From NCBI GenBank assembly GCA_951406725.2, contig OX597836.1, forward strand, positions 43,462,001 to 43,526,000: a stretch of DNA of 64,000 bases. The letters run 5' to 3'. Under the pieces are notes generated by a model. The model ran no database searches. It had not been told where the DNA came from and was given only the letters and a program-made list of their open reading frames with translations. This stretch comes from Octopus vulgaris (lineage: Eukaryota). A program made the translations under genes and the position numbers. How positions within the stretch are numbered: the first letter of the stretch is position 1; each line of letters starts with the position of its first letter. This document shows positions 37,500 through 51,779 of this stretch, piece after piece.

Positions 37500-37837
37500 G
37501 TAAGTCAACCTTTAAACATCCTCTTCATCATCATCATCATCATCATGATTATTAACTAATGTTCTCGCTATTACCACCATCCTCATCTTCCTCATCATCA
37601 TCATTCCATTGTCTTACTCTCTGTTTTACTCTTTTACTTGTTTCAGTCATTTGACTGCGGCCACGCTGGAGCACCGCCTTTAGTCGAGCAAATCGACCCC
37701 GGGACTTATTCTTTGTAAGCCCAGTACTTATTCTATCGGTCTCTTTTGCCGAACCGCTAAGTGACGGGGACGTAAATACACCAGCATCAGTTGTCAAGCA
37801 ATGCTAGAGGGACAAACACAGACACACAAACATATAG

Positions 37838-37880
<43 letters not shown>

Positions 37881-38421
37881 TACGACAGGCTTCTTTCAGT
37901 TTCCGTCTACCAAATCCACGCACAAGGCTTTGGTCGGCCCAAGGCTATAGCAGAAGACACTTGCCCAAGATGCCATGCAGTGGGACTGAACCCAGAACCA
38001 TGTGGTTGGTTAGCAAGCAACTTACCACACAGCCACTCCTGCGTCTTCTTTATTTTTCTACAACAAGCTACAAAACACAAAACAGATTATTTCCATTTGT
38101 TTTTTTCTTTCCGCATAGTCCATAGCAGTCCACGGAAGCCAAAATAATCCAAATTGATAAGCTTCAATCTGGATTATTTTGGTTTTAGGACCTCATTATT
38201 GCAAAATAACTTCCCTAACCATTCAGCCATCTGCACCTATGACTAACTCCAAACTCCAAACAAACCACAACATCCAACTGATTCCACATCTCTCACATTA
38301 TAAACATCCTTCTAGTTAAGGAGAGCTCCTATGTGGTCACTGAGCCTGTTAGAAATAGCTGCCAAATCTTCTTCTGCCTTTAAAATCAAATGATACCATT
38401 CTCAAGTCAAATTCTACTTTT

Positions 38422-41400
38422 CTTAACCCCTTAGCATTCAAACCAGCTATATCTCACCCAAGTGGAGGTGCAATGGCCCAGTGGTTAGGACAGCGGACTC
38501 GTGGTCATAGGATCGCGGTTTCAATTCCCAGACCGGGCGTTGTGAGTGTTTATTGAGCGAAAACACCTAAAAAGCTCCACGAGGCTCCGGCAGGGGATGG
38601 TGGTGATCCCTGCTGTACTCTTTCACCACAACTTTCTTTCACTCTTTCTTCCTGTTTCTGTTGTACCTGTATTTTCAAAGGGCCGGCCTTGTCACTCTCT
38701 GTGTCACGCTGAATATCCCCGAGAACTGCGTTAAGGGTACACGTGTCTGTGGAGTGCTCAGCCACTTACACGTTAATTTCACGGATCAACCGGAACCCTC
38801 GTCGTTGTAACTGACGGAGTGCTTCCATCCATCCATCTCACCCAAATATTCTACCTGCATTATGTTCAAATTGATCTGATCAGGCCTTTCCCACCTACCC
38901 TATGGTTGGTTGTTCCTTCTCGACCCATGCCTGGCTCATAAGGGCCGGTTTCCCGGTTTCCTTGGAGTATAGGTTCCCCACCTGGATGGGACACCGGTCC
39001 GTCGCAGGTGAGCTGCAAGATGCAGGAGGAAAGAGTGAGAGAAAGTTGTGGCGAAAGATTCAGCAGAAGTTTCGCCATTACCTTCTGCCAGAGCCGCGTG
39101 GAGCTTAGGTGCTTCGCTCATAAACACACACATCGGCCGGTCTGAGATTTGAACTCGCGATCCCTCGACCGCGAGTCCGCTGCTCTAACCACTAGGCCAT
39201 GTGCCTCCACCCACCTACCCTATGATATCATTCTAAAAGTAACCAATCACTTCATTAAAATCTCAAAGCTACAAGATAATGCAAGATTGGTTCAGAGCAA
39301 TGTTAATTAATAAATAAGGATTACGTTGAGGTTCTGAGAGATAATGGTGTCATTGAGAACCAAAGGTGTCAAGTAATGCTGAATAAGTGCTATAGACAGA
39401 CCATAGTTAAGTTCCAGATTCAGTAATATTGCAAATAAAGGGCTCAACGTTGGTTCTATGTCAGCGTGTGTATATATGAATTTAAGGATAATAAGGATTA
39501 CACTTGACAAAATAAGGATAAATAAGGATTACATTTGACAAAATAAGGATAAATAAGGATTACATTTGACAAAATAAGGATAAATAAGGATTACATTTGA
39601 CGAAATAAGGATAAATAAGGAATACTTTTGACACAATAAGGATTACATTTGACAAAATAAGGATAAATAAGGAATACTTTTGACACAATAAGGATTACTT
39701 TTGACAAAATAAGGATAAATAAGGAATACTTTTGACACAATAAGGATTACATTTGACAAAATAAGGATAAATAAGGATTACTTTTGACAAAATAAGGATT
39801 AGATTTGACAAAATAAGGATTACATTTGACAAAATAAGGATGACAAATAAGGATAAATAAGGATTACATTTGACAAAATAAGGATAATAAAGATTACATT
39901 TGACAAAACAAGGATAAATAAGGATTATATTTGACAAAATAAGGACAAATAAGGATTACTTTTGACAAAATAAGGATAAAGAAGGATTACTTTTGACAAA
40001 ATAAGGATAAATAAGGATTACATTTGACAAAATAAGGATAATAAAGATTACATTTGACAAAATAAGGATGACAAAATAAGGATTACATTTGACAAAATAA
40101 GGATAAATAAGGATTACTTTTGACAAAATAAGGATAAATAAGGATTACTTTTGACAAAATAAGGATAAATAAGGAATACTTTTGACACAATAAGGATTAC
40201 TTTTGACAAAATAAGGATAAATAAGGAATACTTTTGACACAATAAGGATTACTTTTGACAAAATAAGGATAAATAAGGATTACTTTTGACAAAATAAGGA
40301 TTAGATTTGACAAAATAAGGATTACATTTGACAAAATAAGGATGACAAATAAGGATAAATAAGGAATACTTTTGACACAATAAGGATTACTTTTGACAAA
40401 ATAAGGATAAATAAGGAATACTTTTGACACAATAAGGATTACTTTTGACAAAATAAGGATAAATAAGGATTACTTTTGACAAAATAAGGATTAGATTTGA
40501 CAAAATAAGGATTACATTTGACAAAATAAGGATGACAAATAAGGATAAATAAGGATTACATTTGACAAAATAAGGATAATAAAGATTACATTTGACAAAA
40601 TAAGGATAAATAAGGATTATATTTGACAAAATAAGGATAAATAAGGATTACTTTTGACAAAATAAGGATAAAGAAGGATTACTTTTGACAAAATAAGGAT
40701 AAATAAGGATTACATTTGACAAAATAAGGATAATAAAGATTACATTTGACAAAATAAGGATGACAAAATAAGGATTACATTTGACAAAATAAGGATAAAT
40801 AAGGATTACTTTTGACAAAATAAGGATAAATAAGGATTACTTTTGACAAAATAAGGATAAATAAGGATTACTTTTGACTAAATAAGGATTACTTTTGACA
40901 AAATAAGGATAAATAAGGATTACATTTGACAAAATAAGGATAAATAAGGATTACTTTTGACAAAATAAGGATTACTTTTGACAAAATAAGGATTACATTT
41001 GACAAAATAAAGATGACAAAATAAGGATAATAAAGATTACATTTGACAAAATAAGGATGACAAAACAAGGATAAATAAGGATTACATTTGACAAAATAAG
41101 GATAAATAAGGATTACATTTGACAAAATAAGGATTAGATTTGACAAAATAAGGATAATAAAGATTACATTTGACAAAATAAGTATGACAAAATAAGGATT
41201 ACATTTGACAAAATAAGGATTACATTTGACAAAATAAAGATTAGATTTGACAAAATAAGGATAAATAAGTTTTACATTTGACAAAATAAGGATAAATAAG
41301 GATTACATTTGACAAAATAAGGATTAGATTTGACAAAATAAGGATAATAAAGATTACATTTGACAAAATAAGGATGACAAAATAAGGATTACATTTGACA

Positions 41401-44324
41401 AAATAAGGATTACATTTGACAAAATAAAGATTACATTTGACAAAATAAGGATAAATAAGTTTTACATTTGACAAAATAAGGATAAATAAGGATTACATTT
41501 GACAAAATAAGGATTAGATTTGACAAAATAAGGATAAATAAGTTTTACATTTGACAAAATAAGGATAATAAAGATTACATTTGACAAAATAAGGATTAGA
41601 TTTGACAAAATAAGGATAATAAAGATTACATTTGACAAAATAAGAATGACAAAATAAGGATTACATTTGACAAAATAAGGATAAATAAGGATCACTTTTG
41701 ACAAAATAAGGATAAATAAGTTTTACATTTGACAAAATAAGGATAAATAAGGATTACTTTTGACAAAATAAGGATAAATAAGTATTACATTTGACAAAAT
41801 AAGGATAAATAAGGATTACTTTTGACAAAATAAGGATAAATGAGGATTACTTTTGACAAAATAAGGATAAATAAGGATTACTTTTTACAAAATAAGGATA
41901 AATAAGGATTACTTTTGACAAAATAAGGATAAATAAGGATTACTTTTGACAAAATAAGGATAAATAAGGATTACTTTTGACAAAATAAGGATAAATAAGG
42001 ATTACATTTGACAAAATAAGGATAAATAAGGATTACATTTGACAAAATAAGGATAAATAAGGATTACTTTTGACAAAATAAGGATAAATAAGGATTACAT
42101 TTGACAAAATAAAGATTAGATTTGACAAAATAAGGATAAATAAATTTTACATTTGACAAATTAAGGATTAGAATTGACAAAATAAGGATAAATAAGGATT
42201 ACATTTGACAAAATAAGGATAATAGAGATTACATTTGACAAAATAATGATGACAAAATAAGGATTACATTTGACAAAATAAGGATGACAAATAAGGATAA
42301 ATAAGGATTACTTTTGACAAAATAAGGATAAATAAGGATCACTTTTGACAAAATAAGGATAAATAAGGATTACATTTGACAAAATAAAGATTAGATTTGA
42401 CAAAATAAGGATGACAAAATAAGGATTACATTTGACAAAATAAGGATGACAAATAAGGATAAATAAGGATTACTTTTGACAAAATAAGGATAAATAAGGA
42501 TTACTTTTGACAAAATAAGGATAAATAAGGATTACATTTGACAAAATAAAGATTACATTTGACAAAATAAGGATAAATAAGTTTTACATTTGACAAAATA
42601 AGGATAAATAAGGATTACATTTGACAAAATAAGGATAAATAAGGATTACTTTTGACAAAATAAGGATAAATAAGGATTACTTTTGACAAAATAAGGATAA
42701 ATAAGGATTACTTTTGACAAAATAAGGATCAATAAGGATTACTTTTGACAAAATAAGGATTAGATTTGACAAAATAAGGATAAATAAGGATTACATATGA
42801 CAAAATAAGGATTACTTTTGACAAAATAAGGATAAATAAGGATTACATTTGACAAAATAAGGATGACAAAATAAGGATTACATTTGACAAAATAAGGATG
42901 ACAAATAAGGATAAATAAGGATTACTTTTGACTAAATAAGGATCACTTTTGACAAAATAAGGATAAATAAGGATTACATTTGACAAAATAAAGATTAGAT
43001 TTGACAAAATAAGGATTACATTTGACAAAATAAGGATAAATAAGGATTACATTTGACAAAATAAGGATAAATAAAGATTACATTTGACAAAATAAGGATG
43101 ACAAAATAAGGATTACATTTGACAAAATAAGGATGACAAATAAGGATAAATAAGGATTACTTTTGACAAAATAAGGATAAATAAGGATCACTTTTGACAA
43201 AATAAGGATAAATAAGGATTACATTTGACAAAATAAAGATTAGATTTGACAAAATAAGGATTACATTTGACAAAATAAGGATAAATAAGGATTACATTTG
43301 ACAAAATAAGGATAAATAAGGATTACTTTTGACAAAATAAGGATAAATAAGGATTACTTTTGACAAAATAAGGATAAATAAGGATTACTTTTGACAAAAT
43401 AAGGATCAATAAGGATTACTTTTGACAAAATAAGGATTAGATTTGACAAAATAAGGATAAATAAGGATTACTTATGACAAAATAAGGATTACATTTGACA
43501 AAATAAAGATTAGATTTGACAAAATAAGGATTACATTTGACAAAATAAGGATAAATAAGGATTACATTTGACAAAATAAGGATAAATAAAGATTACATTT
43601 GACAAAATAAGGATGACAAAATAAGGATTACATTTGACAAAATAAGGATGACAAATAAGGATAAATAAGGATTACTTTTGACAAAATAAGGATAAATAAG
43701 GATCACTTTTGACAAAATAAGGATAAATAAGGATTACATTTGACAAAATAAAGATTAGATTTGACAAAATAAGGATTACATTTGACAAAATAAGGATAAA
43801 TAAGGATTACATTTGACAAAATAAGGATTACTTTTGACAAAATAAGGATAAATAAGGATTACTTTTGACAAAATAAGGATAAATAAGGATTACTTTTGAC
43901 AAAATAAGGATCAATAAGGATTACTTTTGACAAAATAAGGATTAGATTTGACAAAATAAGGATAAATAAGGATTACTTATGACAAAATAAGGATTACTTT
44001 TGACAAAATAAGGATAAATAAGGATTAGATTTGACAAAATAAGGATAAATAAGGATTACATTTGACAAAATAAGGATAAATAAGGATTACTTTTGACAAA
44101 ATAAGGATAAATAAGGATTACTTTTGACAAAATAAGGATAAATAAGGATTACATTTGACAAAATAAGGATGACAAATAAGGATAAATAAGGATTACTTTT
44201 GACAAAATAAGGATTAGATTTGACAAAATAAGGATTACATTTGACAAAATAAGGATTACTTTTGACAAAATAAAAATAAATAAGGATTACTTTTGACAAA
44301 ATAATCTGAATGCTGAACAGTTAA
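38422..44324. mobile_element. TTAA MITE host containing two nested SINEs and the 4.8-kb satellite
   Basis: Ends TTAACCCCTTAGCATTCA and TGAATGCTGAACAGTTAA; SINEs at 38462-38834 (TSD ATCTCACCCAA) and 38905-39211 (TSD CCACCTACCCTATG). Confidence 0.65.
39482..44303. repeat. Satellite of 31-bp (TTTGACAAAATAAGGATAAATAAGGATTACW) and 21-bp variants
   Basis: Directly visible; higher-order duplication of ~692 bp (39695 vs 40387). Confidence 0.98.
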
Positions 44325-44729
44325 GATAAGGAATGCAATTGATAGTGTAGTCCTAGATAACCCGTGTCTTGAAAGTATGCTCATAAGTTCTACTGGGCCT
44401 GGAATAAACAAAAGCAAAGTGAATGGGGGAATGTTTCTGATGTCAATCAGCCTAGAAGAAATAGCAGTCAAATGTCCTTCAAATCATATTCTGACTTCTT
44501 AGAAATGGAGAAACACTTTCGAAAATGTAACGTTTGTACACTGTGTCTGAGAAAAAAAAAAAGAAAAAGACAGGAAGGATGGTTGTTGAGTAAAACAATC
44601 AAAAAGAAGGACATTGTTTTTATACCACCATGAAAATGTTCTCGTATGCCTGTAGGACCTTATGAATATGCACACTTACAATTGTGCACACTTACACGCA
44701 CGCATGCATGCAAATGTAAGGCATACACA

Positions 44730-45125
44730 TATGTTCATGGTCTCAAAAATTTGTCCTATGAAGAAAGGCTGAGGACGCTCGACCTTTATTCTCTAGAAAA
44801 ACGCCGCCGCCGTGGTGGTCTCATTCTCGCCCACAACATCATATGCGGAAAGTGTAACCTTTCGAAAGAGCTGTTCTTCACTCCTGCGACAATTTCATCT
44901 CAATCGAAGGAGAGGAGCTTTCTCCATCTGGGTTGCGGCTCCGTGGAACAAGCTGCCAGACGAGATGGTGAAGATGCCGACAACCGCTTTGTTCAAAGTC
45001 TCCCTTGACCTCAAGTGGCCTGAACTCTTTACATGAACACCACTCTGTACTTAACTCCATGTCCTCCTACATGGCCTTGCTATTTGCTTTTGAGCCAAAT
45101 TAACTAACTAACTAACTAACTATCT
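44730..45125 (+). mobile_element. CR1-type LINE 3' fragment with (TAAC)n tail; second copy at 46655-46970
   Basis: LKNLSYEERLRTLDLYSLEKRRRRG.LI..H and W N.LP motifs. Confidence 0.82.
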
Positions 45126-45269
45126 AAATAGATATATCAAATAAAATTAAAAACAGAACACAAAGGATATCGCGGTACACGTGTTTCAAGCTTTATAAAC
45201 AACCTGTTCTTACATCATTGTATTATTGATATAAAAGATGGTTTAAAGCTCTCTTCAGCCGCAAACATT

Positions 45270-46000
45270 GTTAGTACACAGACACACACACACATGCAAA
45301 TGTAAGGCATACACATATAATCAGACATACATACGCACACACATGCAAATGTAAGGCTTACACATATACGTAGACATACATATATATATATATATACACA
45401 TGCAAATGTAAGGCATACACATAGACACACACACACACACATATACATGCAAATGTAAAGCAAACACATATACTTAGACACACGCACACATACACACGCG
45501 CACACATGCAAATGTAAGGCATATACATATGCTTCGAGACACATACACACACATGCAAATGTAAGACATACACATATAGTTAGACACACACACATGCAAA
45601 TTTAAGACATACACATATAGTTAGACACACACACATGCAAATTTAAGACATACACATATAGTTAGACACACACACATGCAAATTTAAGACATACACATAT
45701 AGTTAGACACACACACATGCAAATTTAATACATACACATATAGTTAGACACACACACATGCAAATTTAAGACATACACATATAGTTAGACACACACACAT
45801 GCAAATGTAAGACATACACATATATTAGACACACACACATGCAAATTTAAGACATACACATATAGTTAGACACACACACATGCAAATTTAAGACATACAC
45901 ATATAGTTAGACACACACACATGCAAATTTAAGACATACACATATAGTTAGACACACACACATGCAAATTTAAGACATACACATATAGTTCGACACACAC
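45270..46000. repeat. ~39-bp minisatellite (ACACACATGCAAATTTAAGACATACACATATAGTTAGAC)
   Basis: Directly visible tandem units. Confidence 0.93.
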
Positions 46001-47205
46001 ACTGGCCTCCGTGCCGGTGGCACGTAAAATGCACCAACAGATCGTGGCTGTCGCCTGCTTCCCCTGGCACCTGTGCCGGTGGCACGTAAAAAGCACCAAC
46101 AGATCGTGGCTGTCGCCTGCTTCCCCTGGCACCTGTGCCGGTGGCACGTAAAAAGCACCCGCTACACTCACGGAGTGGTTGGCGTTAGGAAGGGCATCCA
46201 GCTGTAGAAACACTGCCAGATCAGACTGGAGCCTGGTGCAGCCTCCTGGCTTCCCAGACCCCAGTTGAACCGTCCAACCCATGCTAGCATGGAAAACGGA
46301 CGTTAAACGATGATGATGATGATGATGACACACACACATACACTTGTATGCACAAATACATACACACATATATATTCAGACAAATATACCTACACTTGTC
46401 CAAATATCCACACACACACACATAAGCAAATATAACGTATACTTAGACACACACATACAAACACACACATACTCACACACGCAAGTCTAAGGTATACACA
46501 TATACATAGACACACACATGCACACATACACATAAACATATATATTATGCAGACAAGTATGTCTACACTTGTGTACATGTCCACACACACACAAACACAC
46601 ACATACACACACATACACATGCATACACAAACACAAAAACACACGCATACACACATTAAGCGGAAAGTGTAACCCCTCGAAAGAGCTGTTCTTCACTCCT
46701 GCTCCAGAGCGTCGGCTGCGGGGTCACTCCAAAAAGCTCTATCTGCGATGATTTCATCTCAATCGAAGGAGAGGGGCTTTCTCCGTCCGGGTTGCAGATC
46801 CGTGGAATAAGCTGCCGGATGAGATAGTGAAGATGCCGATGACCGCTCTGTTCAAAGTCTCTCTTGACCACAAATGGCCTGAACTCTTTGCATGAACACC
46901 CTCCCTGTACATAACTCCATGTCCCCCTACAAGGCCTTGCTTTTTGCTTTTTGAGCCAAAAATTAACTTAACCCTTTTGTTATCAACCCTGGCTCTGTAG
47001 TACAAATGTCTTGTTTTCATAAGTTTTGAATTAAAATCTTCCACCAAACCTTAGTAACAATTTATGTTCCTAACACAAGCTTAATGATAACTAAGTTATT
47101 TTACTAAATTCTTTGTTATATTCAAAATAATTGAAAGAAATACAGAGCATCTCAACAGAAATACAGTAACGAAAGGGTTAACTTAACTATATCTATTTTG
47201 TTCTC

Positions 47206-48362
47206 TAAGGCGGCGAGCTGGCAGAAACGTTAGCACGCCGGGCGAAATGCGTTGCCGTATTTCGTCTGCCGTTACATTCCCAGTTCAAATTCCGCCAAGG
47301 TCGACTTTGCCTTTCATCCTTTCGGGGTCGATAAATTAAGTACCAGTTACGCACTGGGGTCGATGTAATCAACTTAATCCCTTTGTCTGTCCTTGTTTGT
47401 CTCCTCTGTGTTTAGCCCCTTGAGGGTAGTAAAGAAATAGGTATTTCGTCTGTCTTTACGTTCCCAGTTCAAATTCCGCCAAGGTCAACTTTGCCTTTCA
47501 TCCTTTCGGGGTCGATAAATTAAGTACCAGTTACGCACTGGGGTCGATGTAATCGACTTAATCCCTTTGTCTGTCCTTGTTTGTCTCCTCTGTGTTTAGC
47601 CCCTTGAGGGTAGTAAAGAAATAGGTATTTCGTCTGTCTTTACGTTCCCAGTTCAAATTCCGCCAAGGTCGACTTTGCCTTTCATCCTTTCGGGGTCGAT
47701 AAATTAAGTACCAGTTACGCACTGGGGTCGATGTAATCGACTTAATCCCTTTGTCTGTCCTTGTTTGTCTCCTCTGTGTTTAGCCCCTTGTGGGTAGTAA
47801 AGAAATACGTATTTCGTCTGCCGTTACATTCTGAGTTCAAATTCCGCCAAGGTCGACTTTGCCTTTCATCCTTTCGGGGTCGATAAATTAAGTACCAGTT
47901 ACGCACTGGGGTCGATGTAATCGACTTAATCCCTTTGTCTGTCCTTGTTTGTCTCCTCTGTGTTTAGCCCCTTGTGGGTAGTAAAGAAATAGGTATTTCG
48001 TCTGCCGTTATGTTCTGAGTTCAAATTCCGCCGAGGTCAACTTTGCCTTTCGTCCTTTCGGGGTCGATAAATTAAGTACCAGTTACGCACTGGGGTCGAT
48101 GTAATCGACTTAATCCCTTTGTCTGTCCTTGTTTGTCTCCTCTGTGTTTAGCCCCTTGTGGGTAGTAAAGAAATAGGTATTTCGTCTGCCGTTACGTTCT
48201 GAGTTCAAATTCCGCCGAGGTCAACTTTGGCTTTTCGTCCTTTCGGGGTCGATAAATTAAGTACCAGTTACGCACTGGGGTCGATGTAATCGACTTAATC
48301 CCTTTGTCTGTCCTTGTTTGTCCCCTCTGTGTTTAGCCCCTTGTGGGTAGTAAAGAAATATG
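47206..48362 (+). mobile_element. Head-to-tail array of six Nin/Deu-domain-like SINE units (184-bp period) with a single TSD
   Basis: GTATTTCGTC at 47257, 47441, 47625, 47809, 47993, 48177; 16-bp TSD TATCTATTTTGTTCTC at 47190-47205 and 48363-48378. Confidence 0.92.
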
Positions 48363-48386
48363 TATCTATTTTGTTCTCAATTCCAG

Positions 48387-48491
48387 GCAGAGCAATGATT
48401 GGTGGGTCGCTTACCATTTAGTGAAGAAAATCAGTGGTTACATTCCCAGTAACTACGTCACTAAAGATGATAATTCCATTCAGGCACAGGA
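48387..48491 (+). CDS. Src-family kinase exon 3 (SH3 C-half)
   Basis: ttccag acceptor; (L)QSNDWWVAYHLVKKISGYIPSNYVTKDDNSIQAQ with the SH3 WW and GYIPSNYV motifs; gtaagt donor, phase 2. Confidence 0.93.
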
Positions 48492-49599
48492 GTAAGTACC
48501 CTTTGTTTTTTTCTCTACTCTTTTACTCTTTTACTTGTTTCAGTCGTTTCACTGTGGCCATGCTGGAGCAACACCTTTTACTCAAGCAAATCGACCCCCA
48601 GGACTTATTCTTTGTAAAAGCCTAGTACTTATTCTATCAGTCTCTTTTGCCAAACTGCTAAGTTACAGGGATGTAAACACACCATGCTGGAGCACCACCT
48701 TTAGTCGAGCAAATCGACCCCAGGACTTATTCTTTGGAAGCCTAGTACTTATTCTATCAGTCTCTTTTGCCAAACTGCTAAGTTACAGGGATGTAAACAC
48801 ACCATGCTGGAGCACCGCCTTTAGTCGAGCAAATCGACCCCAGGACTTATTCTTTGGAAGCCTAGTACTTATTCTATCAGTCTCTTTTGCCAAACTGCTA
48901 AGTTACAGGGATCTAAACACACCATGCTGGAGCACCGCCTTTAGTCGAGCAAATCGACCCCAGGACTTATTCTTTGGAAGCCTAGTACTTATTCTATCGG
49001 TTTCTTTTGCTGAACCGCTAATTTACGGAGACATAAACACACCAGCATTGGTTGTCAAGCGATGTTGGAGGGACAAACACAGACACACAAACACACACAC
49101 ACACAACACACAAACACACACATATATATATATACATATATACATGACGGGCTTCTTTCAGTTTCCACCTACTAAATCCACTCACAAGGCTTTGGTCGGC
49201 TCGAAGCTTTACGAGAAGACACTTTCCCAAGGTGCCACGCAGTGGGACTGAACCCGGAACTATTTGGTTGGTAAGCAAGCTACTTACCACACAGCCACTC
49301 CTATGTCTTTTAATGATGTTGACATAGGTAGAGGGAAAGTAAGGGTTATGACCACATTTTCAGACCCACCAAAACTACTGACAGGAAGAGAGTAAGTTAA
49401 CCCTAGACAAGATACAACGTCTACAAGTGTTTTGTAATGAACCAGAGTAGAAGTAAGTGCATATAATGATGCAGTAGTGTAGAAGTGTATATACCAATGA
49501 AATAGTGTAGAGGTGTATACATAGACGAAGCACTGCAGAGGTGTGTATAAAATGAAACAGGACAGGAGTAAGTGTGTATAATGATGGAGTACTGAAGAA

Positions 49600-51040
49600 G
49601 TGTTATTTAATGATGAAGCAGTGTAAAGTAAGTGTATGTAATGATGAAGCAGTGTAAAGTAAGTGTATGTAATGATGAAGCAGTGTAAAGTAAGTGTATG
49701 TAATGATGAAGCAGTGTAAAGTAAGTGTATGTAATAATGAAGCAGTGTAAAGTAAGTGTATGTAATGATGAAGCAGTGTAAAGTAAGTGTATGTAATGAT
49801 GAAGCAGTGCAAAGTAAGTGTATGTAATAATGAAGCAGTGTAAAGTAAGTGTATGTAATGATGAAGCAGTGTAAAGTAAGTGTATGTAATGATGAAGCAG
49901 TGTAAAGTAAGTGTATGTAATGATGAAGCAGAGTAAAGTAAGTGTATGTAATGATGAAGCAGTGTAAAGTAAGTGTATGTAATAATGAAGCAGTGTAAAG
50001 TAAGTGTATGTAATGATGAAGCAGTGTAAAGTAAGTGTATGTAATGATGAAGCAGTGTAAAGTAAGTGTATGTTATGATGAAGCAGTGTAAAGTAAGTGT
50101 ATGTAATGATGAAGCAGTGCAAAGTAAGTGTATGTAATGATGATGCAGTGTAAAGTAAGTGTATGTAATAATGAAGCAGTGTAAAGTAAGTGTATGTAAT
50201 GATGAAGCAGTGTAAAGTAAGTGTATGTAATGATGAAGCAGTGTAAAGTAAGTGTATGTAATGATGAAGCAGTGTAAAGTAAGTGTATGTAATGATGAAG
50301 CAAAGTAAAGTAAGTGTATGTAATGATGAAGCAGTGTAAAGTAAGTGTATGTAATGAGGAAGCAGTGTAAAGTAAGTGTATGTAATGATGAAGCAGTATA
50401 AAATAAGTGTGTAATGATGAAGCAGTGTAAAGTAAGTGTATGTAATGATGAAGCAGTGTAAAGTAAGTGTATGTAATGATGAAGCAGTGTAAAGTAAGTG
50501 TATGTTATGATGAAGCAGTGTAAAGTAAGTGTATGTAATGATGAAGCAGTGCAAAGTAAGTGTATGTAATGATGACGCAGTGTAAAGTAAGTGTATGTAA
50601 TAATGAAGCAGTGTAAAGTAAGTGTATGTAATGATGAAGCAGTGTAAAGTAAGTGTATGTAATGATGAAGCAGTGTAAAGTAAGTGTATGTAATGATGAA
50701 GCAGTGTAAAGTAAGTGTATGTAATGATGAAGCAAAGTAAAGTAAGTGTATGTAATGATGAAGCAGTGTAAAGTAAGTGTATGTAATGAGGAAGCAGTGT
50801 AAAGTAAGTGTATGTAATGATGAAGCAGTATAAAATAAGTGTGTAATGATGAAGCAGTGTAAAGTAAGTGTATGTAATGATGAAGCAGTGTAAAGTAAGT
50901 GTATGTAATGATGAAGCAGTGTAAAGTAAGTGTATGTAATGATGAAGCAGTGTAAAGTAAGTGTATGTAATGATGAAGCAGTGTAAAGTAAGTGTATGTA
51001 ATGATGAAGCAGTGTAAAGTAAGTGTATGTAATGATGAAG
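49600..51040. repeat. 31-bp satellite GTAATGATGAAGCAGTGTAAAGTAAGTGTAT
   Basis: Directly visible; the variant pattern repeats at ~432 bp (50071 vs 50503); degenerate units at 49430-49600. Confidence 0.98.
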
Positions 51041-51687
51041 TAATATGGAAGAGTATGTCATTAATATCAGTGTTGAATTTCGTGTGTGGCTTTTTCAAGC
51101 TTTTACTTGGATGGGGGTGAGGCAGCTAGTGGTTATTTAGGTACCCTACAAAAGGTATCTAGGTACATGGTAAGGTTCATCTAAGTGTACCTTTAAGGAT
51201 ATCTAAATGCACTTTTAGAGATATAACAGTGCATTTTTAGTGGTATCTATGTACACTGTATATTTTGAGACATCTAATTTAACCTTTAGCACACTGTAAG
51301 TGCATTGTATCACTGTATGAGTTCTCTCCCTTGTAGTAACAGAGCAATGGCAAGGGAAATATTTCTAGAGAAATTGCAGTGTGCAAAAGATTGAGGTTTT
51401 ATAAAATCCCTACTAATGTTTTTAAGTTTCTTTAAAAAAATCCATGTTGTTCTTAATTTTGTTACATATTTTCTCTAAATTTTAACTTTAAACTTGAGTT
51501 TTAAGTTCCATTTCGGTGCAAAGTGTGTCAGTAATTCAGTGTACCATTAGTCAAACAGATGGAGTACCATCTTCTTATCTACTTAGCCATTTTACTTCCG
51601 CTATACTCTTCAGAAAAATATGACCAAAATTCGAAAAATTTTTCTTTTTTCTAAAATTTCTTTTTTATTCTTCACTGATGTGTGTAG

Positions 51688-51779
51688 CTGGTGGCATGAT
51701 TTGGAACGCAAAGATGCAGAAATACAACTTCTACTTCCTGGTAATATAGCCGGTACATACTTGGTACGACTCGCAAGTG
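51688..51779 (+). CDS. Src-family kinase exon 4 (SH2 N-half)
   Basis: tgtag acceptor; (D)WWHDLERKDAEIQLLLPGNIAGTYLVRLAS with an SH2 R.DAE..LL..GN..GT(F/Y)LVR motif; gtgagt donor, phase 1. Confidence 0.92.

Noticed and set aside
39482-44303. CRISPR-like or coding appearance of the satellite
   Set aside because: No unique spacers and no cas genes; eukaryotic context; the ORFs are repeat translations.
48535-49251. 238-aa ORF directly after kinase exon 3
   Set aside because: Four ~120-bp tandem copies of an antisense SINE tail.
49607-51098. 484-aa ORF
   Set aside because: Stop-free frame of the 31-bp satellite.
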